A stretch of DNA of 64,000 nt from Felis catus (Eukaryota): the NCBI RefSeq assembly GCF_018350175.1, contig NC_058368.1, positions 15,130,001-15,194,000 of the forward strand. The letters are read 5' to 3'. Positions 13,901 through 24,957 of this stretch are shown one piece after another. Below the pieces are notes generated by a model. It searched no databases and had not been told where the DNA came from. It saw nothing but the letters and a program-made list of their open reading frames with translations. The position numbers and the translations under genes were made by a program. Within the stretch, counting starts at the first letter, position 1; every line of letters begins with the position of its first letter.

Positions 13901-14727
13901 TTTGTTTCCATATATTTTTTAATTTCTTCTCTAATTGCCTGGTTGACCCACTCATTCGTTAGTAGGGTGTTCTTTAACCTCCATGCCTTTGGAGGTTTTC
14001 CAGACTTTTTCCTGTGGTTGATTTCAAGCTTCATAGCATTGTGGTCTGAAAGTATGCATGGTATAATTTCAATTCTTGTAAACTTATGAAGGGCTGTTTT
14101 TTGACCCAGTATGTGATCTATCTTGGAGAATGTTCCATGTGCACTCGAGAAGAAAGTATATTCTGTTGCTTTGGGATGCAGCGTTCTAAATATATCTGTC
14201 AAGTCCATCTGATCCAATGTCTCATTCAGGGCCCTTGTTTCTTTATTGATCCTATGTCTAGATGATCTGTCCATTTCTGTAAGTGGGGTGTTAAAGTCCC
14301 CTGCAATTACCACATTCTTATCAATAAGGTTGCTTATGTTTATGAGTAATTGTTTTATATATTTGGGGGCTCCGGTATTCGGCGCATAGACATTTATAAT
14401 TGTTAGCTCTTCCTGATGGATAGACCCTGTAACTATTATATAATGTCCTTCTTCATCTCTTGTTACAGCCTTTACTTTAAAGTCTAGTTTGTCTGATATA
14501 AGTATGGCTACTCCAGCTTTCTTTTGGCTTCCAGTCGCATGATAAATAGTTCTCCATCCCCTCACTCTCAATCTAAAGGTGTCCTCAGGTCTAAAATGAG
14601 TCTCTTGTAGACAGCAAATAGATGGGTCTTGTTTTTTTATCCATTCTGATACCCTATGTCATTTGGTTGGTGCATTTAATCCATTTACATTCAGTGTTAT
14701 TATAGAAAGATATGGGTTGAGAGTCAT
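10903..14727 (-). pseudogene. L1 ORF2p (APE endonuclease + reverse transcriptase + CCHC) with a single nonsense codon at codon 23
   Basis: True ATG at 14727 ([43 protein letters not shown]); TGA at 14661-14659; the rest is open to 10903 with GDFN, SDHN, LFADD and CWRGC...HCWWEC motifs. Confidence 0.95.
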
Positions 14728-14777
14728 TGTGATGTCTGTATGTTTTATGCTTGTAGTGATGTCTCTGGGACTTTGTC

Positions 14778-15672
14778 TCACAGGGTCCCCCTTAGGATCT
14801 CTTGTAGGGCTGGTTTAGTGGTGACAAATTCCTTCAGCTTTTGTTTGTTTGGGAAAACCTTTATCTCTCCTTCTATTCTAAATGACAGACTTGCTGGGTA
14901 AAGGATTCTCGGCTGCATATTTTTTCTGTCTAGCACCCTGAAAATCTCCTGCCAATTCTTTCTGGCCTGCCATGTTTCAAAAGAGAGATCAGTCACGAGT
15001 CTTATAGGTCTCCCTTTATATGTGAGGGCACGTTTACCCCTTGCTGCTTTCAGAATTTTCTCTTTATCCTTGTATTTTGCCAGTTTCACTATGATATGTC
15101 GTGCAGAAGATCGATTCAAGTTACGTCTGAAGGGAGTTCTCTGTGCCTCTTGGGTTTCAATGCCTTTTTCCTTCCCCAGTTCAGGGAAGTTCTCAGCTAT
15201 TATTTCTTCAAGTACCCCTTCAGCACCTTTCCCTCTCTCTTCCTCCTCTGGGATACCAATTATGCGTATATTATTTCTTTTTTAGTGTATCACTTAGTTC
15301 TCTAATTTTCCCCTCATACTCCTGGATTTTTTTATCTCTCTTTTTCTCAGCTTCCTCTTTTTCCATAACTTTATCCTCTAGTTCACCTATTCTCTCCTCT
15401 GCCTCTTCAAGCCGAGCTGTGGTGGTTTCCATTTTGTTATGCATTTCGTTTAAAGCGTTTTTCAGCTCCTCGTGACTGTTCCTTAGTCCCTTGATCTCTG
15501 TAGCAAGAGATTCTCTGCTGTCCTGTATACTGTTTTCAAGCCCAGCGATTAATTTTATGACTATTATTCTAAATTCACTTTCTGTTATATTATTTAAATC
15601 CTTTTTGATCAGCTCATTAGCTGTTGTTATTTCCTGGAGATTCTTCTGAGGGGAATTCTTCCGCTTGGTCAT
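14778..15672 (-). pseudogene. L1 ORF1p (RNA-binding chaperone), split by a +1 frameshift
   Basis: ORF track pieces 15271-15672 and 14778-15119. Removing one A from the A6 run (plus-strand T 15278-15283) gives continuous DTLKRNNIRIIGIPEEEE and a 297-aa ORF. Confidence 0.92.
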
Positions 15673-16355
15673 TTTGGATAGTCCCTGGCGTGGTGAGGAC
15701 CTGCAGGGCCCTTCCCCTGTGTTGTGGTGTATAACTGGAGTTGGTGGGTGGGGCCGCAGTCAGACCTGATGTCTGCCCCCAGCCCACCGCTGGGGCCACT
15801 GTCAGACTGGTGTGTGCCTTCTCTTCCCCTCTCCTAGGGGCGGGATTCACTGTGGGGTGGTGTGGCCCGTCTGGGCTACTTGCACACTGCCAGGCTTGTG
15901 ATGCTGGGGATCTGGCGTATTAGCTGGGGTGGGTAGGCAAGGTGCACAGGGGCAGGAGGGGCAGGCTTAGATCGCTTCTCCTTAGGTGATCCTCTTCAGG
16001 AGGGGCCCTGTGGCAGCGGGAGGGAGTCAGATCCGCTGCCGGAGGTTTGGCTCCGCAGAAGCACAGAGTTGGGTGTTTGCGCGGAGCGAGCAAGTTCCCT
16101 GGCAGGAACTGGTTCTCTTTGGGATTTTGGCTGGGGGATGGGCGGGGGAGATGGCGCTGGCGAGCACCTTTGTTCCCCACCAAGCTGAGCTCTGTCGTCA
16201 GGGGGCTCAGCAGCTCTCCCTCCCTTTGTCCTCCAGCCTTCCCGCTTTCTGAGCAGAGCTGTTAACTTATGACCTCCCAGACGCTAAGTCGCGCTTGTTG
16301 TGGGAACACAGTCCGTCAGGCCCCTCCGCTTTTGCCAGGGAGCAGGGGAGTTTAT

Positions 16356-17650
16356 GAACACATGGGGCCCAGTGTGATTTGGACTGTAGGCATTTGGGGA
16401 ATCAATGTCAACCTGGACTTCAAAATGTCTGGTCGTTTCCTTTCTCACAGTGTACCGTCACCCACACAAGTGGTCAGAGGCCCTTTTGGGTGAAAACTGG
16501 AGATATTGTCAAGATATATACTTGGACCAACATAGGGTCCTTTCTGCTAGGAATCTACCCACCTCTTTGGTCAATGATTTCTGAAACTGAAAATTGGTTC
16601 AGATCTGGCAAATGAGCAAAGAATTGTGCTTTCTACTGGGTTAACTGTCCTCAGCCTCTTGCTCCTCCATTCTTTTGCTTAATTTTTAAATGTTTATTTA
16701 TTTTAAGAGACAGAGAGAGAGGGAGTGGGGATGGGAAGGGAGGGGCAGAGAGAGAGGGAAAGAGAGAGAGTCCCAAGCAGGCTCTGTCCTATCAGCACGG
16801 AGCCCAATGCGGAGCTCGAACCCATGAACCATGAGATCATGACCTGAGCTGAAATCAAGAGAGAGACACTCAACTGACTGAGCCACCCAGGTGCCCCCCT
16901 TTTTTTTATAGATGCTTAACTGCACCCTCATTAATTGGCCCAGCTGCCAGAAGAGGAGGTGAGAGCAACTCCTGAGGGGAGAACCTGTTGCCTTGTTGGA
17001 GAGAGGACTATATAGCATCTTCTAAGACAGTGAGGTTTCTAGCCCTTACTAGAGGTAGAGGTGGGTCACCTCTGCCTGCCCAGAGGGTGCAGCTGTAGTT
17101 GTTAAGTCAACATCCTCAGGGGCATCCACCCAGATGTCCTATCATACTTTTCAGGACCCCTGATTATTCCTATCAGGACCCTGCCCTTTGCATAACACAT
17201 GTGCATGGACTCACTATCTGAATACCTCTGGAGCTCTGCAACTCACAATCAGGTCTTCAGCCCTACTGTTTTACTGTGTCTGCCCTTCTACTACTGGTAT
17301 AGAAGGCCTCTTTAGAGACTACCACCAAGACTCTCTGCTTTTCACTCTTAGATATTAGTGCTTATCAACTATTCTCAGTCTCATTTATCCTTACACAGGG
17401 TGTCGATACAAGTTAAAAATAACCCCCTATTGTCCAAATATGAAATCTTTCACAATATTCCCCTCTGCCATAAAATTTCCCAAGGTCACCACTAGTAAGT
17501 CTTTAGCAGTTGAACTGCCACTCTGAGCCATCTATTGGTGCCACATCTACCAGCCAGGACAGCATCTTCTGCCTGCCACATGGTAAGAGAGCCAGGCCCA
17601 TGTCCCCACCTTACCTCCTATTTTCTTGCATCACTCCTAGAACCTCTAGT
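16356..17650 (-). mobile_element. Degenerate ERVL internal sequence (HERV16/ERV3-16A3-like gag-pro), interrupted by a SINE at ~16680-16897
   Basis: Lies between the LTR and the L1 junction; sequence continues across the L1 TSD into protease-like PVVIIFPVPECIIGTDIL. Confidence 0.65.
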
Positions 17651-18098
17651 TGTAGATTTGGTCTTCAGACACCAAGATGGGATTAAATGTGAAATGATTC
17701 TGTTATCAGAAATATCTGCCTGAGAGGAAATAGGGAAGGAGCAGGAGAAGGCTGGGAAAGCAATGCAAAATACTGATTACAATGCAAGTCTGAGCCTTAG
17801 TGAGGGAAAAAGGAAAAGAAGGTTAGGTGGAAGTGGAAACATCCTAGGTTGGCATGCAGCCTAAGCAAAACCATCAAGGAATCCTTAAGCCAAGTCACTG
17901 ACAATGGAGTCCCATTTCCCAGGAATAGGTTTGCTTTAGTATCCCCACTGCACTGATTATGGGCATGGAGCAGCCCATAGGAGGTATGATCTTGATGCAA
18001 AAGTACTGATGGATTTTGAAGCCTAATACCTGGGGTCCTCAGTCAATTAACCCCCCTGTCACGGAAAGTCCGTAAGGTACATTCTCTGGGTAACCACA
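17651..18098 (-). mobile_element. ERVL-class 5' LTR (LTR16-like)
   Basis: TG...CA bounded, about 450 bp, resembles the recalled LTR16A consensus; directly followed on the minus strand by degenerate gag-like sequence. Confidence 0.7.
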
Positions 18099-20219
18099 TT
18101 AAAAGTCTTTTCTTAAGGGAATTTTAGTTTTTCAACTGAAGAATTGTCCAGTCTCCTACCTTATGAGGTTTAATCTTAGCCACTGGTTTTCTGGGGGACA
18201 AGAGCTAAGAGTTCCATTATTCAGACCATGTATTTTTAATTTCCTCATTCTCAGACCTCTATTTCACTCTCATCTTCCTCTGTGCCTGAAGGCCCCAAAT
18301 CTAGAGGTTCTGCAGCTTAATTTCTCCAGAAAATAGACTCCTGACTGAAGGAGAGCATCCTGACTGTGCGGGGTGACAAAGGGGTCCCAGTGGCCAACTG
18401 TTTTATGTCTATATGTCCTGTCAAGTCAGTGACTACTCTTCCAACTGAGGATCTTCCAAAATTTGTTTAAATTTCTCACCTGCTGAGATCTCCTTCTCTA
18501 TTCTTCTTATCCATTCACTTCAATTATAAACTATCATTTCTCTGCTAATAAATATCACATCCAAATCTAAGAGTCCTATGTGTCTATTCTTAACACTTGC
18601 TTGACATTTCAAGTTCAATTTTACCAAAACCAACTTTACACGACTTTACACAACTTATATCCCAATAAAAATGCTTTAATGGTACCAGGCATAGTTTTTC
18701 AATTTCACATGATATATTTAGATTTGGTTAAGTGGGAGTAGTCTAGAAATTTTGTACATGGGAAGAAGACTATGGGTTTGTGAGAAAGGGCCATGTAAGA
18801 GTGAATATGCCAAACAATGAACTGTAGTAGTCATTAAATTTTTTTTTCTTAACAGAGCTTGGGTCTGAGAGCCTACTACATATACTATCTCCCTTCTTAA
18901 TTTTACAACCAAAATAATCTTGATTACAATGGGAGCCATTCCAATTAAGCACATTTTTTAAAACACTATACTAGTATTACTTCAATAATAGCTCTTCAAT
19001 AATTTTATACTCAAACACTATGAATTCTAAAATAGATTTTATTTGAGATGCTAGCCACAAAGTGTCTTGTTTTCCTGGTTCACCTTAGGACTGTTCCCAC
19101 AAGCAGAATTCCTGGGGCCCATCACATTCTCCTTCCCTGAGCCTGTTTCCTACAGTTGAGTTTTAGATGCTCTATACTTTGAAATTACGCCATAACTCGG
19201 GAAAGTAGGATGGTTCATTGGGGCAATCTCATGGGAATAAGACAAGCACAAAAATAAACTGTCTCAATTAATGGAATATATTATATCAACAGACTAAAAA
19301 CAATCATGTAATCATCTCAACAGTTGCAGAAAAAGCATTTGACAAATCCAACACCTACTTATACTAAAAACTCTCAGTGAACTAGGAATACAGGGGAACT
19401 TCCTCAATTTCACAAAGAATATCTTTAAAAAAAAAAAAACAAAACTATAGTAACATACTTAATAGTAAGAATCTTGAAGCTTTCCCACTAAGATCAGATG
19501 GTATAAAGTATGTGCCTTCTTGTCACCTGTTGCAACATCACACTGAAAGTCCTTGCTAATACAATAAGGCAAGAAAGGGAAATAAAAATCTGTACTGATT
19601 GGGAAGGAAGATAAAAATACTATCTTCATTTGCAGAAAACATGATCATTTATGTATAATATCCAAAATAATCAACAATAATAACAAATGAAACTCTGGAA
19701 CTAAAAAGTGATTATAGCAAGGTTGCAGGATACCAGGTTAATATAAAAAAAAATCAATTGTTTTCCTATATCCAGGCAATGAACAAGTAGAATTTGAAAC
19801 TAAAAACACAATAGTATTTATGTTAGCACCCCCCACAAATGAAATACTTAAGCATAAATTTAACAAAATATAATGTGTAAGATCTGGATAAGGAAAACTA
19901 CAAAACTATGATGAACAAAATCAAAGAAGTTAATAAATGAAAACAGGTTCATGGCTGGGAAGACTCAATATTGTCAGATGTCCATTCTTCCCAACTCAAT
20001 CTACAGATTTAGTGCAATCCCAATAAAACTCCAGCATATTATTTTATGGATATTGATGAACTGATTCTAAAGTTTATAGGAGAAGCAAAAGCCCAAATGG
20101 CCAATTCAGCATTGAAAAAGAAGAACAAAACTGGAGGACTGATGTTTACCAACTTCAAGACTTACCAAAAAGAAATCAAGACTGGTATTAGCAAAACGAT
20201 AGAACAAATAAAAAGCCTG

Positions 20220-20309
20220 GTCTACAGCCTTAGCACCCTGAAAGCGCCCAATCTCATCTGATCTCAGAAGCTAAGCAGGGTCAGGCCTGGGTAGTACTTG
20301 GATGGGAGA
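20220..20309 (+). pseudogene. 5S rRNA retropseudogene, nt 1-90, 3'-truncated and tailless
   Basis: Ungapped match to 5S nt 1-90 (GTCTAC...GGATGGGAGA) with 9 substitutions by my count, 5 of them CpG>CpA. Flanked by aaagcct repeats (20212-20218, 20309-20315). Confidence 0.93.
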
Positions 20310-20816
20310 AAGCCTAGAAATAGACCACCCAGGACAAATAGATCCTATTTCAATTGACTTTTGACAAAGGAACAAAGGCAATACCATGGAGCAAAGATAG
20401 TCTTTTCAACAAATGGTGTCAGAACAATTAGACATCCACATGCAAAATAAAAAAGAATATAGACATCTTACATGCTTCACAGAAGTTAACCCAAAGTGGA
20501 TCACAGACCTAAATGTAAAATGCAAAACTATAAAACTCCTAGAAGATGACATAGGAGAAAACCTAGATGACCTAGAGAAAAGGTATGGTGATACCTTTTG
20601 AGAAACAACACTAAAGACACTATTCATGAAAGAAATAATAAATAAGCTGGTCTTCATTAAAATTGAAAACTTGTGCTCTGTGAAGGACAATGCCAAGAGA
20701 ATTCTAAGACAAGTCACAGACTGCAAAAGACACATCTGTTAATGGACTGTTATCTAAAATACACAAAGAACTCTTAAAACTCAACAACAAACGACCTGAT
20801 TTAAAAATGGGCAAAA

Positions 20817-21020
20817 GGGGCACCTGAGTGGCTGAGTCGGTTAAGCGTCTGACTCTTAGTTTCGGCTCAGGTCATGATCTCACGGTTTGTGGGTTCAAAG
20901 CCCCACATCGGGTTCCATGCTAACAGTGTGGAGCCTGCCTAGGATTCTTTCTCTCTCCTCTATGTCCCTCCTCCACTCTCTCTCACTCTCTCTCAAAATA
21001 AATAAACGTTTAAAAAAAAA
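20817..21020 (+). mobile_element. CAN-SINE inside the old L1
   Basis: TSD aaaaatgggcaaaag. Confidence 0.88.
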
Positions 21021-22186
21021 TGGGCAAAAGATCTTAACAAATACTTCATCAAAGAAGATACACAGATGAAAAATAAGCATATGAAAAAATGTTCCATGTC
21101 ATACAGCACCAGGGAAATGCAAATTAAAACAACAAAATATCACTACTCATCAATTAGTATGGCTAAAATCAACAACACTGAAGACACCAAATGCTGATGA
21201 GGATGTGGAGAAACAGAAACTCTCATATATTGCTGGTGGGAATGCAAAACGGCACAGCCACTTTAGCAGATAGTCTGGCAGTTTCTTATAAAACTAAACA
21301 TACTCTTAACATACGATCCAGTGATTGCACTTCTTGGTATTTACCCAAAGGAGTTGAAACTTATGTCCCTACAAAATCCTTCATATGGATGTTTACAGAA
21401 GCTTTATTCATAGCTGCCAAAACTTGGAAGCAACCAACATGCCCTTCAGTAGATGGATGGATATATGAACTGTGGTACATCCAGACAAGGAAATATTATT
21501 CAGCATTAAAACCAATGGGCTTTCAAGCCATGAAAAAACATGAAGGAATCTTAAATGCATATCACTAAGTAAAAGAAGCCAATGTGAAAAGACTAGATAC
21601 TGTATGATTCCAACTATATGGCATTCTGGAAAAGGCCAAACTATGAAGACAATAAAAAGATCAGGGGTTGCCAGTGATTGGGAGTTAAGAGTGGGGAGAA
21701 ATAAGTGGAGCACAAAGGATTTTTAGGGCAGTGAATATAATCTGTATGATACTACAAGGATGGATATATGTCGTTATACATTTTCCAAACCCATAGAATG
21801 TACAAAACCAAGAGTAAACCCTAAGGTAAACTATGGACTTTGGGTGATTATGATGAGTCAATGTAGGATCATTCCAGTGAGTAATGTTGATAATGGGGAG
21901 GCTATGCATGTATAGAGTTAGGGAGTATGTGGAAAATCTCTGTGCCTTCCTCTCAATTTTGTTAAGAACCTAAAACTGATTTTTTAAAAAAAAGTATGAA
22001 TTAGAAGTGCCTAGGTGGCGCGACCAGTAGAATGTCTGACTCTTGATTTCAGCTCAGGTCATAATCCCAGGGTTGTGGGATTGAGCCCCGTGTTGGGCTC
22101 TGTGCTAAGCATGGAGCCTGATTAGAAGCCCCTCTCTCTCCCTCTGCCCCTCTGCTCCACTTGCTCTCTCTCTAAAATAAAAATAA

Positions 22187-22225
<39 letters not shown>

Positions 22226-23128
22226 ATACAGTTAAAGTATTAATTAATTTAAAAAAATCGTTCTGGAGACAAAACAAGGACACATTCTGGATTTTGTAAA
22301 AACTATTAGGCATTAAATACTCTGGACCATTAAAAGCAAGATATTTGTAATTATTCATTTATAAAATTATTATACACATCAGAAATCCTTTACAATTATA
22401 AAATTATATTCCAATAACTTTAAGGCTTATTCTAGATTTGGCTTCTTTATTTTGACTCCAAAATGAACTATTTTTAAAAATTATTTTATCAAAGGCATAC
22501 TCTGTCATCCCAGCACTTATAATTTATTAGAAGACCTATAACTTAATGTTCTTGATCTTCCTAAGGAGCTCTTTTTATCTGATTATATAATGAATGGTCA
22601 CATACTAGAAAACTACAGCCTGCAAAGACATACTAAAGCTATAGCCAAATTGAAGACTCCACTGGAAATTAACCAAAAATAAATCACATATACAAAAATT
22701 AATTCTTCTTTTATCATGGAAGAGCTGTTTTGTTTCTGATACTAATGAGTTCTTAATCTTTCACCTATTTCCTCAGAAATGAGAAAAGGTCACTTTCTAA
22801 TAGTACATTGAAACAAAAGGGTAAATATAAGAAACTTCAGCATACTTTTACATACCTGAAATCAAATATACTTACTTGGTTTTTTTTAAGTCCCTTTCTT
22901 CTATCTCAAGTCAAAAGGAAGTTCTATTAGCCACCTATTTTTTAAGCAATGGTAGTTGCTATACTATACTAAAGAACACATAAAAACTATAAAAAAACTA
23001 ACTATTGAATGTTTACAAGAGAAAAATATGAGAATACAATTAAATCACAGCTCCTAGATATGTAGTACTTTTCAATGAAGGCAATTGCAGCAGTGAGTGG
23101 ATGCAGCCTTCTGTGTGCTTAAGTACCA

Positions 23129-23146
23129 AGTGCCCCCTTGTGGACA
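23129..23146 (-). promoter_or_regulatory. Candidate CTCF binding site
   Basis: Reverse complement TGTCCACAAGGGGGCACT closely matches the CTCF core (CCACNAGGGGGCRC) in apparently non-repetitive DNA. Confidence 0.55.
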
Positions 23147-24592
23147 ACATTGTTATTAGATTATATATAAAATCTGTGTAACTTGTTTTGTGATTTGAGG
23201 CTACACCTGTCTCCAAATTGACACATGATCTTTGGGGAGAGCACAAACTTGGTGATATCTGGGACAGAATATATCAGGAAGCAGTCTAAGATGGATTCTA
23301 CAGGTCTACCACCAGCCAGATGCCTAGTGGGAACTCCACCTCTCGCTTTGTTTATATCACATTCTTGAGAATCCAAGATCCCTTCAGTAATCCTTTCACT
23401 ATATGGCTGATATATCACTTTAAATACAAATATATTTAGAGATTTCAGTAGTGCTTTTGGTTCATCACTATCAATTCCCAGTTATTAGGCTCTAAAATAT
23501 GTATTTATGGCTTTAAAAACAGAATTTCTAACAATGTTCTGAATGTGGAAATGACCAGAATGAGCCCAGTAGGAGCATGACTGGATGCTTCAGTGAGGTA
23601 ATAGCTCTCAGGAAGGTCCAAACTGGGCTGTATGTTTGTCCAGGACCCCATGAAGCAGCGTAACTAAAAGAAGAATCTGAATCACAATAAAGGGAATCAC
23701 GTTCAGGAAAATGGTATGGGGCATCAGGATGAACAAAAGAGTAGCACGATGATTAAGGACATTGGAAGTCAGCCTGTGGAACATAAACAGACCAAAATAG
23801 AGAATGATATGAAGGGAGAGTCTTGTTTCTTTGAAGGATCAAGTACATGATGAAGAGACTAGTCCAGCTGTTCGAAGGAATTTGTAAGACTTAAAACCAT
23901 CTCTTCCTTCAAGCCTCTCCTATTAATAAGCAGGACTAGGAGGGGGGTTTATGGTTTGTCCTAAGGAAAGCTGAAACATACTTCAGAAGGGAAACTAGAT
24001 AAATATCCAAAAATTAACATTTCAAGAAGTCAACTGACCAAAGGATTAACTTGCAAAGAGGCCAATTCACCTAGGATTCTAAATTTACCAAGTCACCAAA
24101 AATTTGCTTTTAGTAGCATCTTCCATACATATGAACTTATGACCTAAACATATTCTTTTTCTGAATATATTTTCAATGATGACACTAAATGTAAACCATT
24201 TTCATAAGTTTTAGTTTCTAACTAATTGAACATTCTTTCAAATGTTACTAAGGTTATTTTCATAAGAATGTATTCAAAGATTTAGATTTCAGCAAATTAA
24301 TATCCTATGACTTGATATTCTACAAATTGATCAAGAGTCTTCCAGAGAACATTTAAGGTGACACTCAACATTTTCCTAAATAATATTTCTCTGTTTCCAT
24401 ACTTTCTCCTCCATGTCTCCCACCAGCACATAGCCTTGTTGGCTTTAGGAGCAGGATCTTCTGTGCTATATCCATCTGACTGGCAGAGTGTTTGCTCTGG
24501 TGAGAGGATTCCCATAAGGGTCCAAGCTGTCTGCATGTACTGAGAAACAAGGGAATGCACTGATGGGAAAAAGAAGCAGAGAGAAATAGAAG

Positions 24593-24957
24593 TGCTATGG
24601 TTTGAATGACTGTGACCTCCCCAAATTCATGTGTTGAAATCCTAATGCCTCCTATGATGGCATTAGGAGGTGGAAACTTTGGGAGATGCTCAGGTCATGA
24701 GGGTGGGGCTCTCATTAATAGGATAATGCTCTTATAAAAGAGACCCCACAGAGCTCCCAAGCCCCTTCCCACCATGTGAGGACACAGCTAGAAGGAGCCA
24801 TCTCTGAACCAGAAACTGCTGTTACCAAACACCATATTTGCTGGTGTCTTGATCCTGGACTTCCAGCCTCCAGAACTGTGAGAAGTAAATCTCTGTTGTT
24901 TTTAAGCCACACAGTCTGTGGTATTCTTTTATAGCAGCCTAAACAGACTATAAGATA
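24593..24957 (+). mobile_element. MaLR solo LTR (MLT1A-like)
   Basis: tgctatggtttgaatg start; ggacttccagcctccagaactgtgaga and tatagcagcc..aacagact end. Confidence 0.85.

Larger units (their letters stand above)
10671..16337 (-). mobile_element. Young, near-full-length felid LINE-1 (L1_Fc-like), 5.67 kb, sense to CCDC169
   Basis: GC-rich 5' UTR (665 bp), ORF1, 50-bp spacer, ORF2, G-rich 3' UTR, AATAAA (10696-10691) and A-rich tail. Perfect 18-bp TSD gggagcaggggagtttat at 10653-10670 and 16338-16355. Confidence 0.97.
19270..21995 (+). mobile_element. Old 5'-truncated LINE-1 (L1MC-like), ORF2 3' half and 3' UTR
   Basis: Degenerate ORF2 peptides (DELILKFI, WITDLNVKCKTIKLLE, ALFIAAKTWKQPTCPS); L1MC-type 3' UTR; hosts the 5S copy and a SINE. 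Confidence 0.85.

Noticed and set aside
10903..14571. ORF-track 1222-aa protein as an intact, functional ORF2p
   Set aside because: It starts at a TTG. The real ATG is at 14727 and a stop at codon 23 separates it, removing N-terminal endonuclease residues.
11741..16493. Plus-strand ORFs within the L1 (118, 141, 98, 110 aa etc.)
   Set aside because: Antisense shadows of L1 ORF1, ORF2 and the 5' UTR, with no independent coding evidence.
20220..20309. Functional 5S rRNA gene
   Set aside because: Lacks the last ~30 nt and the terminator, shows CpG decay, and is a single copy inside an L1.
23161..23418. 85-aa minus-strand ORF in unique intronic DNA
   Set aside because: Non-ATG start, no recognisable homology, and it does not fit the CCDC169 exon chain.
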